From assembly GCA_002104905.1 (NCBI GenBank), contig MCFE01000339.1:1-64000 (forward strand): a DNA stretch of 64,000 nucleotides, given 5' to 3'. Positions 34,458 through 48,424 of this stretch are shown here, piece by piece. The translations under genes were made by a program, and so were the position numbers. Under the pieces are notes generated by a model. That model did not search any database, was not told where the DNA came from, and saw only the letters and a program-made list of their open reading frames with translations. The first letter of the stretch is position 1; every line of letters starts with the position of its first letter. Source of the DNA: Basidiobolus meristosporus CBS 931.73 (lineage: Eukaryota > Fungi > Basidiobolomycota).

Positions 34458-34668
34458 AGACTTGTTCCATTGTGCCATTGATCATAGTGCTAGAAAGTGC
34501 TGTATATTTTGTTACTAATTTGATATTTTAGGGTCATATGCATGTCAATTTTGATCCCAAATTGGCACTGTATTGCACTATCTGGCACTCTGTGGCATGA
34601 TCAGGCACCATCTGCCATACTATGGCACTATTGGGCACTATGATCAGCTGGAATGATGGAACAAGTCT
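34458..34668. mobile_element. Small (211 bp) non-autonomous TIR element of the AGACTTGTTCC family
   Basis: AGACTTGTTCCAT...ATGGAACAAGTCT with flanks AAT/AAC and internal TGGCACTA subterminal repeats. Confidence 0.75.
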
Positions 34669-34675
34669 AACTAAT

Positions 34676-35010
34676 TGACTTGTTCCATTGGATAGTGCCA
34701 CATTGAGTCATGAGTGCCAAATGATGCCATAGTATCCCAGGGAGGCCAAGTGAGCCTATAATTGGCCACAGAGTGTGAAACATAGCTCTGCATCTTCATG
34801 CAAAGCAGCCCCTGTGTTTCACCCATTGTGCTGGAGAAAATCCATTTTTTGAACTTTTTTGTTGAATCAACATTGTTCAGGATGTGTGAAAGCACTGAAG
34901 GACTGAAGACAGGCATTTGATACTCAATACCCATGGCACTCTGAATCCAGCTCCTGTGACTTGTATCATTTCACAAAAATGAATGCACTATCTTTGTCCA
35001 CTGGTTCTAT
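34676..35010. mobile_element. Left arm of the long palindromic MITE; the rest is deleted
   Basis: Colinear with 51474-51815 and preceded by AAT. Confidence 0.8.
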
Positions 35011-36252
35011 CTCCATTCCTTGTGACCAGAAAAACCTGCTATCTTGCTGGTGGCTGGGGTATCACCAATGCATATAATAATATGCACTTTTGCATGACAG
35101 TCATTGACTGTTATCCTGCTGGGAGGTATACAAAATTCATCCAGCAATGGATACAGGTAGCTCTCCAGGTTGGACAGTGATTTAGACCAAAATACCAGTG
35201 AGACCACCAGCAGATTATTGCTCTGATACCACAAGATGGGTGGCAGATTCAGATTGATGAGAATCAGAGGCCAGCAGGATTTACTGGCAGAGTACTTCTT
35301 TAATGTGAGTCCATCAAGTGCTAAAGCAAAGGCATGGGCATATGTACCTTCAAAGTAGCCCTTGCTTCTTAGCAGTTTGTAATGCTTGCCATCAAATATA
35401 TTGGATATGTTTGCACTTGATTGATACTCTGTGTGGTACTGTATAGCTTTGCAATACTTGACTGACTGCATCAGCTTCCTCAGATGTGGTTTAACCAGAA
35501 TATATCTGGAGTGTGAACAATGTTTCCCTCAACGGTGGTGGATTCCTAACAATTGGGATACATTGCATCGGTAGCATTTTTGGATGTGAATGCCATGCAA
35601 CTGTTAACACATGCTGGAATCAGGACAGTCTCTGGAATCATATGTTGCCAGTGGCATGACAGTTGTCCACTTGTACCATGTACAGGGTAAGTTGCATCCT
35701 GGTGTGATTTTGGCAAGAAGATGTAATAAATCCTGAAAGCCCCCATTACTGATATTAATGGAAACATGCCACTTCTCTAGCCACAACATTATATTATTCA
35801 CCAGTAGATGGATTACAGAGCTCACTTGGCTCCATAGAGTATCCTTGGAATTTGTTTCAACAAGTGCTGTCTTGTTGCATATAGGGATTTGACCAGGCTC
35901 ATACATGGTACTGTTGTTAGGGGAGATAGGCTTAAGATCCATCGGTGAACCTTCTGTGTCAGAGCTTCACTCTGCATGCCATATTCAGAAGGCAGGGGTG
36001 AGCCTGAAGGCATCACAAACTCACCTGACTCAGTTTGCGCAAGGTGACAAAGATGGCCAGGTGCTAATATAGTAGTATCAACTGGTTGGCAAGATAATAT
36101 CAGTAGAGTAGTGAATGATGAATGGTCAAATATGACTTGTGTAGCAAAACACTGGCCATGATCCTTGTAATACTTCTTATGCTATTTGTGTGCTTCATGG
36201 CTGAGAGGCTGGCTACAATAGCCACATGGTCTTTTTGTCTACTCTTATGGGT

Positions 36253-36448
36253 CTATTATCTGAGCCCCCCAAGTAATATATATATATCTATCCAATTGAA
36301 CCAAGCAAGACAACAGAAAGATTTGGTAGAAAAAAACATAAGTCTTTATTACCTTGCTACCTTCTATTGGCAGCTATTCTATGCCAAGTGGTACTGACTT
36401 GACCTATTAGCTCTCCCACTCACCAAGTACAGTCAGTAATAACCCACA
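36253..36448 (+). mobile_element. 3' fragment of LTR family C
   Basis: Reverse complement of 25696-25890, ending AATAACCCACA. Confidence 0.75.
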
Positions 36449-36850
36449 CAGTAGTGACCAATGAATGGTCAAATATAACTTAGGTGGTAAAGCACTGGCT
36501 GTGGTCCTTGTAAGACTTCCTATGCTGTCTGTGTGCTTCATGGCTGAGAGACTTGCCAAAATAGCCACATAGTCTTTTTTCTCTTCTCTTATGGCATTGA
36601 GTCAAAGAAGTCCTGTCATATGGGGAAAACAATTTGACCTTCAACAACGTAATACTATTATATTACTTTTTGGTCAATACTCATGTGAACTTAAGACAGT
36701 CTTGTATTTGAGACATCACACCCACATGCATGTAAGATTCAATGATGACCTGCCATAATAAGCATTATAAATAAAGTTGTGGCACCACATACACATGTAT
36801 ATGTAACACTACTTCCCCTTTGGTTTGACTCACTTCCATACATATGCCAC

Positions 36851-37917
36851 TGTGGTGGTGTATAGGTCCAAGGGAGAGATACATCCAACATTTCTCAAGT
36901 GTTTTGTGTGTGGGGTGTTCACTGGGTGCAATAACCTCTGGCAAAAGCTTTCTAGGAATACTTGGGTTCTGTCTCTAATCTAATATGAAGGGGAATAACG
37001 CCACAAGCTTGTCAAGAGAAAACTATTGAGCTACAATCCCCAACTTAGTTGGGGTCTTAACAAAAGTATGTGCTGGGTTCAGTGTCCTTTGAGATGACAA
37101 TGTACTAAAGCTTCCAAAGTCAAAACAACTCTAAACTCCACCAGCAGGGACTTGATAAGAATGCAGCTGTGGTCAATAGTTACAAATACAGAAAGTATCT
37201 TTGCCTGTACAAGAACAAACTTGGGAAAGAATCAAATATAATAAAAGATACCTACTCTGAGTATTCCTCACAAGTAGTGCCTCCAAGGTCAGTTGGCTGT
37301 CAGCGTGGTTTCCTGGGAGTGTCCTGTGGTCTGGGGTTGGAAGTTCCGGTGGCAGCAGGTAGCAGTGATCACACTTATCAACAAGTTGGAATATTGATAA
37401 AAGGGATGATGATTTATTGTTGAGGGATAGCCTCCCTTGTATACTTTTCTTACTGGCTAAGTGATTACTAATCATGGTATTTCAGAAGGTTCCGGATATC
37501 AATAGAAACCTTAATGACATCAGAATGACCTAAGAGTGTTCTTAGTAGGTGCCGGAAGGTTCTAAGAGGCACAGCACATCCAACCAATCAGGAATCAGTA
37601 TTCTGAAACCTGCATAACATAGGGATACCATATATGGTGTGGAAATGATAGTGATGGTGACACAGGTTAATCATGTGTCATGGGTACTGGCACGGGTACT
37701 CGTCTAATATAGAAGCACTTATAGCTAGTAATCTTACATAAAGTGGGGGTAACTTATGCAATAAGGTAAGCAGGTGTGATAGCCAACCAGCTTATGGATA
37801 GTACTGATTGGGTAAGACACATGGGATAAAACTAAAATAGTGTAGTAGAGATATAGGGAAGTAGAAAATAAGGGAATGAGCACATCTGTCAGTGGGTGTC
37901 ACTATCACCCCACTACA
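36851..37917. mobile_element. 1067-bp TG..CA element (family D, probably a large solo LTR), 4-bp TSD CCAC/CCGC
   Basis: TGTGGTGGTG...CACCCCACTACA. It interrupts codon 2 of CACTA ORF2 (uninterrupted ATGCCGCCA at 699). Confidence 0.85.
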
Positions 37918-39083
37918 CCGCTGAAAAATAAAGCAAAGCCATCTGGTTCCCAACCAAACCTCACCACTGATAGCAACAGACAAACGGTTTGACAACTGCT
38001 TGCCTTGACATTCAGTGCAATAAGCAGGCTACATCCAAAAAGGCCCTGTGGATAGTGTGCCCATTGAAGGTAATAATGTGGACTCCTCCGGCACTCAGTC
38101 AAGTAGGGAATTGAGAACCTTGGCCAAGCTACAAGCTTACCATTATGCTCAGGCAGATGAGAATGTAGCAAATGCAGTACCCTCAGTTGAAGACTGGCAA
38201 GTGGTGATGATAACATCACCACCACCCATATTAGCAAGTATGTTGTCAGGTCATACTGAAGCATTAATGCAGCCATTAAGTGCAATGGCTGATAGGATAA
38301 ATGCAATGGCCCAGGGAGATCAGGAAATAATCCAGAAACATGATGAGCAAATAAAACATTTAGAGCAATCAATATCTCAGGTAGGGAAAGCAGTATCATT
38401 ACTGCAAAGAAGGAACTCAAGTAGCCGAATGCCACAGCCAAGAATTGAGCTATTTCCCAATGTAACAGCAGAGGAACACCTTACAGTCTTTGAAGCACAA
38501 CAACAGTGCCCAAAGATAAAGCCCACAGAAAAATCTATTGCAATGTGGGAGGGGGACAATTTGGTGTTTATACCTAAGCCTAAAAATCAATAGACATTGG
38601 AGATCTGTGAAGCCATTGAGTGCAATAATGAAGAGTGGGCTAACAAACAAGAGGCCATCAGAAGTCTAGCACACCATCACCTTAAGGCCAGTGTACCATG
38701 GGACCATTAGGAACTCAAGGCCAAGCAGAATGCACTTGACTTGCTCCATGAGCATTATCCTGGATTGAAATGAGCAAACAGATTTTGGGCCAGCATTGGC
38801 ATACTAGGAAAGTATCATAAGAATAGCAGAAACTATCAAAGGCAGAAGAATCAGGTTGTCATGGCTTAAAACCAGTGGCTTCCTGAAGAGCTTGTTACCA
38901 GTAGGGGCAAAAGCTCCAGAAAAGCATCAATGTGACATTAGGTAGCTGGAAGAGTACCAGTTAGGGACAAGCAGGCAGACATGGATGCGCCAGCACAACA
39001 TCTATCAAGGAAAAAGTGTACCACTCAAGAAGCACTCAGTCAAAGTAGCAGTGAAGGACCTGGCAGTGATAAAAACCAGCCAC

Positions 39084-40151
39084 TGTGGTGGTGTATAAGT
39101 CCAAGGGAGAGACACGTCCAACATTTCTCAAGTGTTTTGTGTATGGGGTACTCACTGGGTGCAATAACCTCTGACAAAAGCTAGCTAGGAATACTTGGGT
39201 TCTGTCTCTAATCTAATGTGATGGGGAATAAAGCCACAAGCTTGTCAAGGGAAAACTATTGAGCTACAATCTCCAACTTAGCGGGTGCCATAACAAAAGT
39301 ATGTGCTGACTTCAGCATCCTTTGAGATGACAATGTACTAAAGCTTCCAAAGTCAAAACAACTCTAAACTCCACCAGCAGGGACTTGATAAGAATGCAGC
39401 TGTGGTCAATAGTTACAAATACAGAAAGTATCTTTGCCTGTACAAGAACAAACTTGGGAAAGAATCAAATATAACAAAAGATACCTAGGCTGAGTATTCT
39501 GCACAAGTAGTGCCTCCAAGGTCAGTTGGCTTTAGGTGTGGTTTCCTGGGAGTGTCCTGTGGTCTGGGGTTGGAAGTTCATGTAGCAGCAGGTAGCAGTG
39601 ATCACACTAATCAACAAGTCAGTATATTGATAAAAGGGATGATGATTTATTAATGGGGGATAGCCTCCCTTATACACTTTTCCTACTGGCTAAGTGATTA
39701 CTAATCATGGTGTTCCAGAAGGCTCTGGAGATCAGTAGAAATCTTAATGACATCAGAATGAGCTAAGAGTATTCTAAGTAGTTGCCAGAAGGCTCTAAGA
39801 GGCACAGCACATCCAACCAATCAGGAATCAATATTTAAAACCTGTGTAATATAGGGATACCATATATATGATATGAAATGGTAGGCATGGTGACATGGGT
39901 TGATTTTGTGTCATGGGTACTGGGAGAGGGACTTGCCTAATATAGAAGCATTATAGCTAGTAATCTTACATAAAGTAAGGGATAACTTATGCAATAAGGT
40001 AAGCAGGTGTGATAGTCAACCGGCTTATGGGATTGTACTGATCAGGTAAGACTAATGGGATAAAACTAAAATAAGTGTAGTAGAGCTATAGGGAAGTAGA
40101 AATATGGGAATGAACACATTTGTCAGTGGGTATCACTGTGACCCCACTGCA
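39084..40151. mobile_element. Second family D element (1068 bp), 4-bp TSD CCAC/CCAC
   Basis: Colinear with 36851-37917. The empty site corresponds to CCAGCTGCTTTT at 1859-1870. Confidence 0.85.
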
Positions 40152-41360
40152 CCACTTTTACAGGAGCCCATCATAACTACAGTTGAGAGCTTAAAACAAG
40201 CAGAAATGAAATGTCAGGTTGCCAGAAGAGTGCCCGCAAGGGACAAGCAAGCCAAAACATATGCCTCAGAGCAGAATGTATCCAGGAGAAAACGTATTTC
40301 TTTACAAGAAGCACTCATACAAAGTATCAGTGAAAGACCTGGCTGTAATAAAGGAAAAGGTAAAGGGAAAAATGTCTACCCAAACCTGAGACAGAGAGGT
40401 ATGCAAAAAGAACTGCAGCTCTTACCAATTAATGCCACAAGTGGTGAACAGACTGAGTCCCATCATAGCCAAGAAGAATTACAAACAAGAAAACAATTGT
40501 TTTCACAAGAGCTGGAAGTGCAGCCAGTTGAGTTACACTCCAGCAAGGTATATGAGTTTGCTGAATAAGACAATTTGTCTACCACAGCCTCCACAACCTC
40601 CATAACCTCCATTGTTGACAGAGTGGGGATCCCACTGACAGACAAGGCTGCAATGTCAAGAGCTCAAATGACTCTCACAATGCATTTAGTGGAGCTTTGG
40701 AACATCAATAGGCGCACCAAGAGGCTGCAGAACTTCTTCAAGAGCAGTGCTCAACAAAATGCACTGGAATATTGCAAGGATTGATTGCAAAGAGTGGCAG
40801 ATGAGGTGGTTGACCTTGCAGTGCCAGCTCAAGACCAGGACATGTGGGAATCAGTGAATGAACAGTGGCATAAAGCTGCTGGTTCTTGCCAAATTTGTAG
40901 AACCAGAGCTTTACAGCAGAAGTACCTATTGAGTGTGGTGTTTGGCTTAATGTTAGTGTAGGGTAAAGGGACTTGTATAGATCAATACAGTTAGCAACCA
41001 AGGTACAACTGAAGTTTCAACAGAAATAAACCAATTTGTATCCATGAAGAGTAAAAGTAACAGTTGAGTCAGGAAATAAGGTGTGTTTAGAAGAGGCAAT
41101 AGCCAATCAATGCACACAAATGAAGGAAGCAATAGAGTGTCTGGGACCATAAAGTGAGCATATTGGCAGGGAACTAATTAAAAGCCACTTATACATTGTT
41201 GTGATGAAAAATTTTGACTAAGTTTTTTGTGAAATCTGGGGTGCAATTATTTTTCAACAGTCTCTGGAAGGTGTCCTGACAGGATTAGAACCTCTTAGTC
41301 ATTGGACTTTAACTTTGTGACAGCCTTTTGACAGGATCATCTCGATAACTTTTCATGGGG

Positions 41361-44300
41361 TGTCTGTCAGTGGGATCTCCACTCCGTCAATAATAGAGGT
41401 TGTGGAGGATGTGGTAGACAAATTGCATTTTTTAGCAAACTCATCTACCTTGCAGGAGTTTAGCTCAACTGGATGAGCTTCTAAATCTGGTGAAAACAGC
41501 TGTTTTCTTGTTGGTAATTCTTCTTATTTATAACGGGATTTAGTCTGTTTTGGGCTTGCAGTGTTGATTGCAAGAACTGCAATTTTTTTTGCATGTTTTG
41601 CTGTCTCAGGCTTGGGTAGACATTTTTTCCCTTTACCTTTTCCATTATCACTGCCAGGTTTTTGACTGCTACTTCATCTGAAGGCTTCTTGTAATGAACT
41701 ACATTTTCTTCCTGATAAATTCTGTTCTGACACATCTGTTTTAGCCTGCTTGTCCCTTGCTGGCACTCTTCTGGCAACCTGATGTTTCTTTTCTGCTTGC
41801 TTTGAGCTCTCAACTGTAGTGGTGACAGGCTCCTGTCAAAGCCACTGGTTCTTATCACTGCTACTTTGAATAAGTGTTTCTTGAGTGCTACTACTCTTTT
41901 TCTTGATTAATGTTGTACTGGTGCAACTGTGTCTGCCTGCTTGTCCCTTATCAACACTCTTTGAGCTACCTGATGCCTCTTTGACACTTGTTGGGAGCTT
42001 TTGGCCCAGCTTATAACAGGCTTTTGAGGAAGCTGCTAGTTTTTAGCCATGGCACCCTTGTTCTTCTGCCTTTGATGGTTTCTACTATTCTTAAGATACT
42101 TTCTTAGCATACCATTGCTGGCCCAAATCTGTTTGCCCATTTGAATCCAGGATAATGTTTGTGGAACAAGTCAAGTGCATTATGCTTGGCCTTGATTTCC
42201 TGATAGTCACATGGTATGCCAGCCTAAAGGTCATGGCATGGCAGACTTCTGACAGCCTCTTGAATATTAGCCCACTTTTTGTTATTTCACTTGATGGCTT
42301 CACAGATCTTCAGTATCTTTTGATTTTTGGGCTTTGGTATAAACACCACATAGTCCCCCCCACCTGCTGGGATAAATACTTCTGTGGGCTTTTTGTTGGG
42401 CACTGTTGTTGTGCTTCAAAGACTCTAAGGTGTTCCTCTGCTGTTATATTGGGAAATCTCTTAATTCTTGGCTGTGACATTAGGTTACTTGAGTTCCTTC
42501 TTCACAGCAAAGATACTGCTTTCTCTAACAGAGATATTGATTGCTCTACACATGTTATCCACCTATCCTGTTTCTGGACTATTTCATGATTTCTCTGGGC
42601 CATTGCATCTATCCTATCAGCCACTGCACTTGCTTCATTAATGCTTCAGTATGAGCTGACAACATACTTGCTAATATGGGTGGTGGTGATGTTATGGCAG
42701 CCACTTGCTACTCTTCAACTGAGGATACTGTATTTGCTACATTCTCATCTGCCTGAGCATAATGGTCAGCTTGAAGCTCTGCAGAGGTTCTCAAATGCCT
42801 ACTTGACTGAGAGTCTGAGGGGTCTGCATTACTACCTTCAGTAGGCACACTGTCAACATGGTTTTTTTTGGATACAGTCCTGCTTGTTGCACTGAGTGTC
42901 CAAGTAAGCAGTTGTCAAACCATTCTTCTGCTGCTATCAGCAGTGGAGTTTGGATGGTAAGCAGATAACTTTACTTTATTTTTTGGTGGCATAAAAATCA
43001 AAGTGAGTTAAGCCACAGGACAAAGAGTGTTACATATACGTATGTCTGTTGTGCCACAGCTTTGTTATAATGCTTACTTTGATGGGTGATAATTGAATCT
43101 TACATCCAGGTATATGCAATGTCTCAAATCTAAGACTGTGTTGAATTCACATGAGTATTGACCAAAAAGTGATATAATAGCATGACATTGTTGAAAGTAC
43201 ACTGCTTGCCCCATGGGCAAGACTACTTTGATTCAACACTGTAAGAGATGAGAAAAAGACCATGTTGCTATTGTTGTAAGCCTCTCAGCCATGAAGCACA
43301 CAGATAGCATAAGAAGTATTACAAGGATCATGGCTAGTGTCTTGCTACACAAGTCATATTTGACAATTCATCATTCACTACTGTAGTGATATTATCTTGC
43401 CAGCCATTTGATACTTCTATATTGGCACCTGGCCATCTTTGTCACCTTGCGCAAACTGAGTCAGGTGAGTTTGTGACACCTTTAGGCTCAACTCAGGCTT
43501 CCAAATATGACATGCAGAGTGATAGCTCTGACAAAGAAGGCTCACCAATGGATTGTGAGCCTATCTCCGCTAAGAACAGTACCATACATGAGCCCAGTCA
43601 AGTCCCAAAATGCAATGAGATAACACTTGTTGAAACAATTGCCAAGGATACTTTATGGAGCTAAGTGAGCCCAATAATCCATCTATTGGTGAATGATGAA
43701 GTGCTATGGCTAGAGAAGTGGTATGCTTCTACTAATATCAGTAATAGGGGCTTTGAGGATATATTACTACTTCTTGCCAAAATCATTCCAGGATACACTT
43801 TATCATGTGCATGGTACCAGTCAACAACCATCATGCAGCTAGCAACATATGACCCAGAGACTGTCCTGATTCCAGCATGTGTTAACAGTTGCAGGGCATT
43901 TACATCCAGAATTGCTACCATTGCGATGTGTCCCAACTGTCAGGAATCCACCACCATTGAGGGAAAACATTTTTGACCCTCTAGATATATTCTGGCTATA
44001 CCCTGTCTAAATAATCTCATGCAGTCCAACAAGTATTGCAAAGCTCTACAGTTCTGCACTCAGCATCAATCCAGCACAGAAATATCCAATATATTTGATG
44101 GCAAACATTGCAAACACCTAAGAAGCAAGGGCTACTCTGAAGGTATGTGTGGCCATGACTTTGCCTTGGTACTTGATGGGTTCTTATTAAATAAGCGCAC
44201 TAGCAGCAAATCCTGCTGGCCACTAACTCTCATTAACCTGAATATGCCACCTATCTTATGGTATCAGAGCAATAATCTGATGGGAGTCTCACTGGTATCT

Positions 44301-46331
44301 AGGCCTAAATCACTGTCCTACATGGATAGGTAACTGAATCCATTGCTGGATTAATCTTAGATGCTTTCCAACAGGATAACAATAAATGGCTGTCATGCAA
44401 AAGCGCATATTATTATCTGTATTGGAAATACCCCAGCCATCAGCAAGATAGCAAGTTTTTCCAGGCACAATAGATGGTATTGCTGTTCAATGTATGAGAT
44501 CCAGGGGATTTACTCCATAACTCACACACATTATTATTATCCTCATATCAACACTAAGAGCTTCATATTCCAACAGAGAGAACATACAGAGGTCAGCATA
44601 CAATTGCATCAAAGTTGGCAAGCTATAAGCCATTGGCTAGAATATGGAATCAATTAGGAACTGGAGATACTTAAGATAGAGGGTAACTGTTGGAGCAAAA
44701 GCTTACCACTGAGAGCAATGCATTTGCTTCTCAACAGTATCCCTATACTGATGACCAAGTTGTATATGAGGTGTTTCAAGCTAAATGAACCCTTTGAGAT
44801 ACCAGAGAAATTTGAAAGAATTGGCAAGATATTACAGAGTGTTCATAAGCATACACAGCAATACAAATGCAAAGACAGGATGAACTGGATTTGTATTTAT
44901 TCAGGAAGCATCCTGAAGCCATTCCTACCAAGAGTACATTAGAAGCATTGCAAGTTGTATGCAGATATTTTAGGAATACTTATCCAGAAGTGGATCACCA
45001 ATGCCAACTTGAAAAATATCCAGCTGTTGTGCAGCAAGTTTGTAACGGGATTTGAGCGGCTATTATACAAACATGAAGCTGAACATGTAGATCTCTGGCA
45101 CTACTATAACCATCCTCTACTCCATCTTGCTTGGTGTGTGCAGAATACTGGGCCTTGTCTCACCTTTTGGTAGTTTACTATGGAGTGAATGTGTGGGGAG
45201 ATAGGAAGCTATGTCATGATACAGATACTACTATATCCCAATCTCATATTATCTTCAAGTCTGCTATGGATGTGATGAGTTGGCACATTGAGGACAGCAA
45301 GGATGGGTTGAAAAATACTCAGGACAGATGGGCACATGAAGACACCTATGCCAATGGCATTAAGTTGCTAAGCAGCCCCAATGCATGGGTAATCAGTTAA
45401 ACAATGTAAAGTTGGGTTAGATGTAACAAACAACTAGTTTGTATTAGGAAAGCTCTACCAAGGTATGCCAGATTTCTCTTGGTCACAAGCCTACTTCTGC
45501 ACTATCAAGTGTGAAATTCACACAAACAAGAGTCATAGCATACCAATAAGGGATACTATTATCCAGCAGGGAGAAGGAATATATTGGCTGAATACCAAAG
45601 AGTTCTTTGAGGATATTCAGGAGGTATTCATGGCAGTAGTGTTGGCAACCCTGCATATGTTTGCAAGATGTATATGCTACCAGTAGTACAAGAGATATTG
45701 CCACTTTGCAAGTATCACACTAAAAAGCCAAAAATTTGTGGTGATACAAGTATGTCAATAGCAGCAGATATGCACATTTGTAGATGTTAGTGAGCAGGAG
45801 GCCATTGGTTTTTTGATTCAAGCAATATGTGGAATACCCAAGCTAGTAGTTGGTCAGCAAGTACAGAGGGGAGATTCTACAGTGGAAAACATAAATTGCA
45901 CAAGGGGAGGTAGAAAGAAAATACCACCAGGTAAGCTGCTACAGTTGCATTCTACAGAGATAGCTATAGGCTGCCATACTATTGTGATAATGCCATCAGA
46001 CACTTGCTGTGAGGCCATCAATATACCATCAAGTTTTTTCTGACATAAGGCAATTTGATGTACTGGCCAGTTAGATCCATTTAAAATAGTTGTAGAGTGC
46101 ATTAAGAGAGCAACAATGCCATGCAATTATAGTTACATCACTGATGAAACCCCATTAAGTATTATAACTTTATTAGGCAGTAAAATAGCAATATACCATT
46201 ACAATCCCATCATAAAATTGTCAAGAGGATTGCCAGTTTCAAGCTGCTGGTATTATGACGGTCTCCAAATGGGATCCTGAGGTCTGATCTGGATTGGATC
46301 CACCAGTGGGACCAAATTATTTTTCATAGGG
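41361..46331. mobile_element. CACTA family copy 3, inverted relative to copies 1, 2 and 4 (ORF2 minus 41361-42990, transposase plus), terminus at 46331
   Basis: Reverse-complement homology to 699-2335; ends ATTATTTTTCATAGGG. Confidence 0.88.
43260..46130 (+). pseudogene. CACTA/EnSpm transposase pseudogene (Transposase_21/tnp2 plus DUF4218-like region)
   Basis: Fragments CVNSC..F....MCPNC, NIFDGKH, LVLDGF, CWPLTLINLNMPP, IGNTPA, MHLLL and LLHLAWCVQNTGP..FW, broken by many stops and frameshifts. Confidence 0.85.
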
Positions 46332-48424
46332 CTTGCTTTGACATTCAGTGCAACAAGCAGGGCTAAATCCAACTAAGTCCATGTATACAGTGTGCCTACT
46401 GAGAGTAATAATGCAGACACCTCAGGTTCTTAGTCAAGTAAACAATTGAGAGTTTCTGCAAAGCTTCAAGCTGACCATAATGCTCAGGCAGATGAAAATG
46501 TAGCAAACGCAATACCTTTGGCTCAAGACCAGTAAGTGGTTGACACAACATTGCCACCACCCAAATTGGAAAGTTCAGGATGAATGGAATGCCTGGGAGA
46601 AATCAGGAAATATCCTAGAAACAGGATGAGAGGATAATAGACTTGTTCCATTGTGCCATGCCAGGGCATGTGGTGCAATCCATGGACTCTAAGAACAATC
46701 AGGTGCAATATTGTAGCTACTAGTAGGCAGGATTACTCTTGAGCAATTTTGCACCTTGTGGGATGATCTTGCACACTTTTACACAATCTGAAACAATGAT
46801 GTTGGCACAAATGATTGCACCCTCTTGTAATGTTTGATCATGTGTGCAACTGGATACTGCCATTATGGTAGGTAAAATCTGGTATTGGATATGTTTCTTT
46901 AATGTAAATGGAAATAAATGCAAATTACACTAAAAACTACACTGATACTTACCATTTTTGTTACCATCACTTCAATCAGAAGGTATCTCAGTGGTTAATT
47001 GGTCCAAAAGTATCCTGAAGCTGTCAGCCCCCAATTGGCTCTTTGATCAATACACAAGCTACCTGATTTGCCATCAAATATCCCATTTTGCCCATTAAGC
47101 AAGTAAATCCCAGATCCTAGTGATTGGACAAGGTGTACAGCTAGCATGTGATCAATTGTATGGGTGCAAATCAGATCAAATAGCTGCACTGGTGCCACAG
47201 AAGATGTATACATATGCAGGGTGTTTATTTATAGGGGTCCTGTCTCAAATGTGAGACAACCTTGATATTGCAGATATCAAAAATTTAGTGATCACTGATT
47301 TGCAATATCTTGATGTGGATTGCAAAAAAAAAGCGTTGTTTGGATCATTACAAGTAATAGCTATTCAATGCAATTGCATCATCTTCTCCTAGGCTTTTTT
47401 CTCACAGGTATTACTACTGAAGCACTTGGTAGTGATTCACTTTGCACACCTAAACTATTTTCTTGTTGACTATCCTCTTGGCTACTTGTGTATTTGTAGT
47501 CAGCATTTTGCCTCCCAGTTGATGAGTGCAATGCTGCAGCTTGGCAACGCTGAATTGCTCCAGATGATGCAGCTGAGCCCACCTGCAGTGCTATGCGCTA
47601 ACATGTTCTTTTACTTGCCAAAGGCTCTGGTGGTGGAGGCACTTCATGTGGGTTATCATCAGTCAGTTTGCCGAAAGAAACTTGCTGATGGTCCAGTGTA
47701 ATGGCATGCACAGATGCAACTTGATGCGCTGGCATGGCCCTTGGCTGAGTTTGATGTGATGCCACTTGTTGATGTGACTTGGCCTGCTCCAATGGACTTG
47801 TGCCTTTTTGAGCAGTTTGGCAGGTTCTGGTGGTTTTGCTCTGAAGCATGTGCATTGACACAATACATGTGGAGTCAATGCAGGGCGCTCTTGTGAAGGG
47901 TATTGGCATAGTTTGGACTGACATATACCAGCGTGCCGAAGTTGCAAGGGATAGTAAGGAATCCAGCAAGGTGTGCTGGTGCAATCTAGACAATGTTGTT
48001 TTGTGATCTGCCGCTTGAATGTTTAAGTTAGATCAGTTTTTAGTCAAATCAATTAGTATGTGTTTAGGTAATCAATATATCAGTATTGTCTATGAAATCA
48101 TTAGCATTAGTCAGCAAATGAATCAGCAGATCCTTATCAGACAGAAATAGATATATTAAGTAGGATCTTATTGGGTGATGATGATGCAATTAAATGAGTC
48201 ATCCACCACAACCTACATTAGGAAATACAATTAGTCAGCAATTGATTTGGCAAAATGTATATAAGGAGCTGCTGGAACTTCAATAAAAATCAGCTCAAGT
48301 TTTAGTAAATAAAATACTAGCTAAACTCCCTATCCCTCTACAACTCTTATACCAAGACTTGTAACATTGGTAGCAGCAATAACCAGAAACCTCCCTCCTG
48401 AACAAAGAAGAAACCACCCTCAAG

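Larger units (their letters stand above)
33837..41360. mobile_element. CACTA family copy 2 (transposase minus, ORF2 plus). Probably a chimera of two copies, with several nested inserts; right terminus at 41360.
   Basis: ORF 35007-35471 reads NIFDGKHYK..FALALDG..CWPLILINLNLPP..IGDTPA..GFSGH (tnp2 domain). 35604-35942 and 34241-34435 continue the transposase. The copy ends TTTCATGGGG. Confidence 0.85.

Noticed and set aside
34671-34934. Recurrent MGIEYQM... ORF (also 51543-51731 and 63701-63889)
   Set aside because: It lies inside MITE arms, so recurrence reflects copy number. Length varies and there are no motifs.
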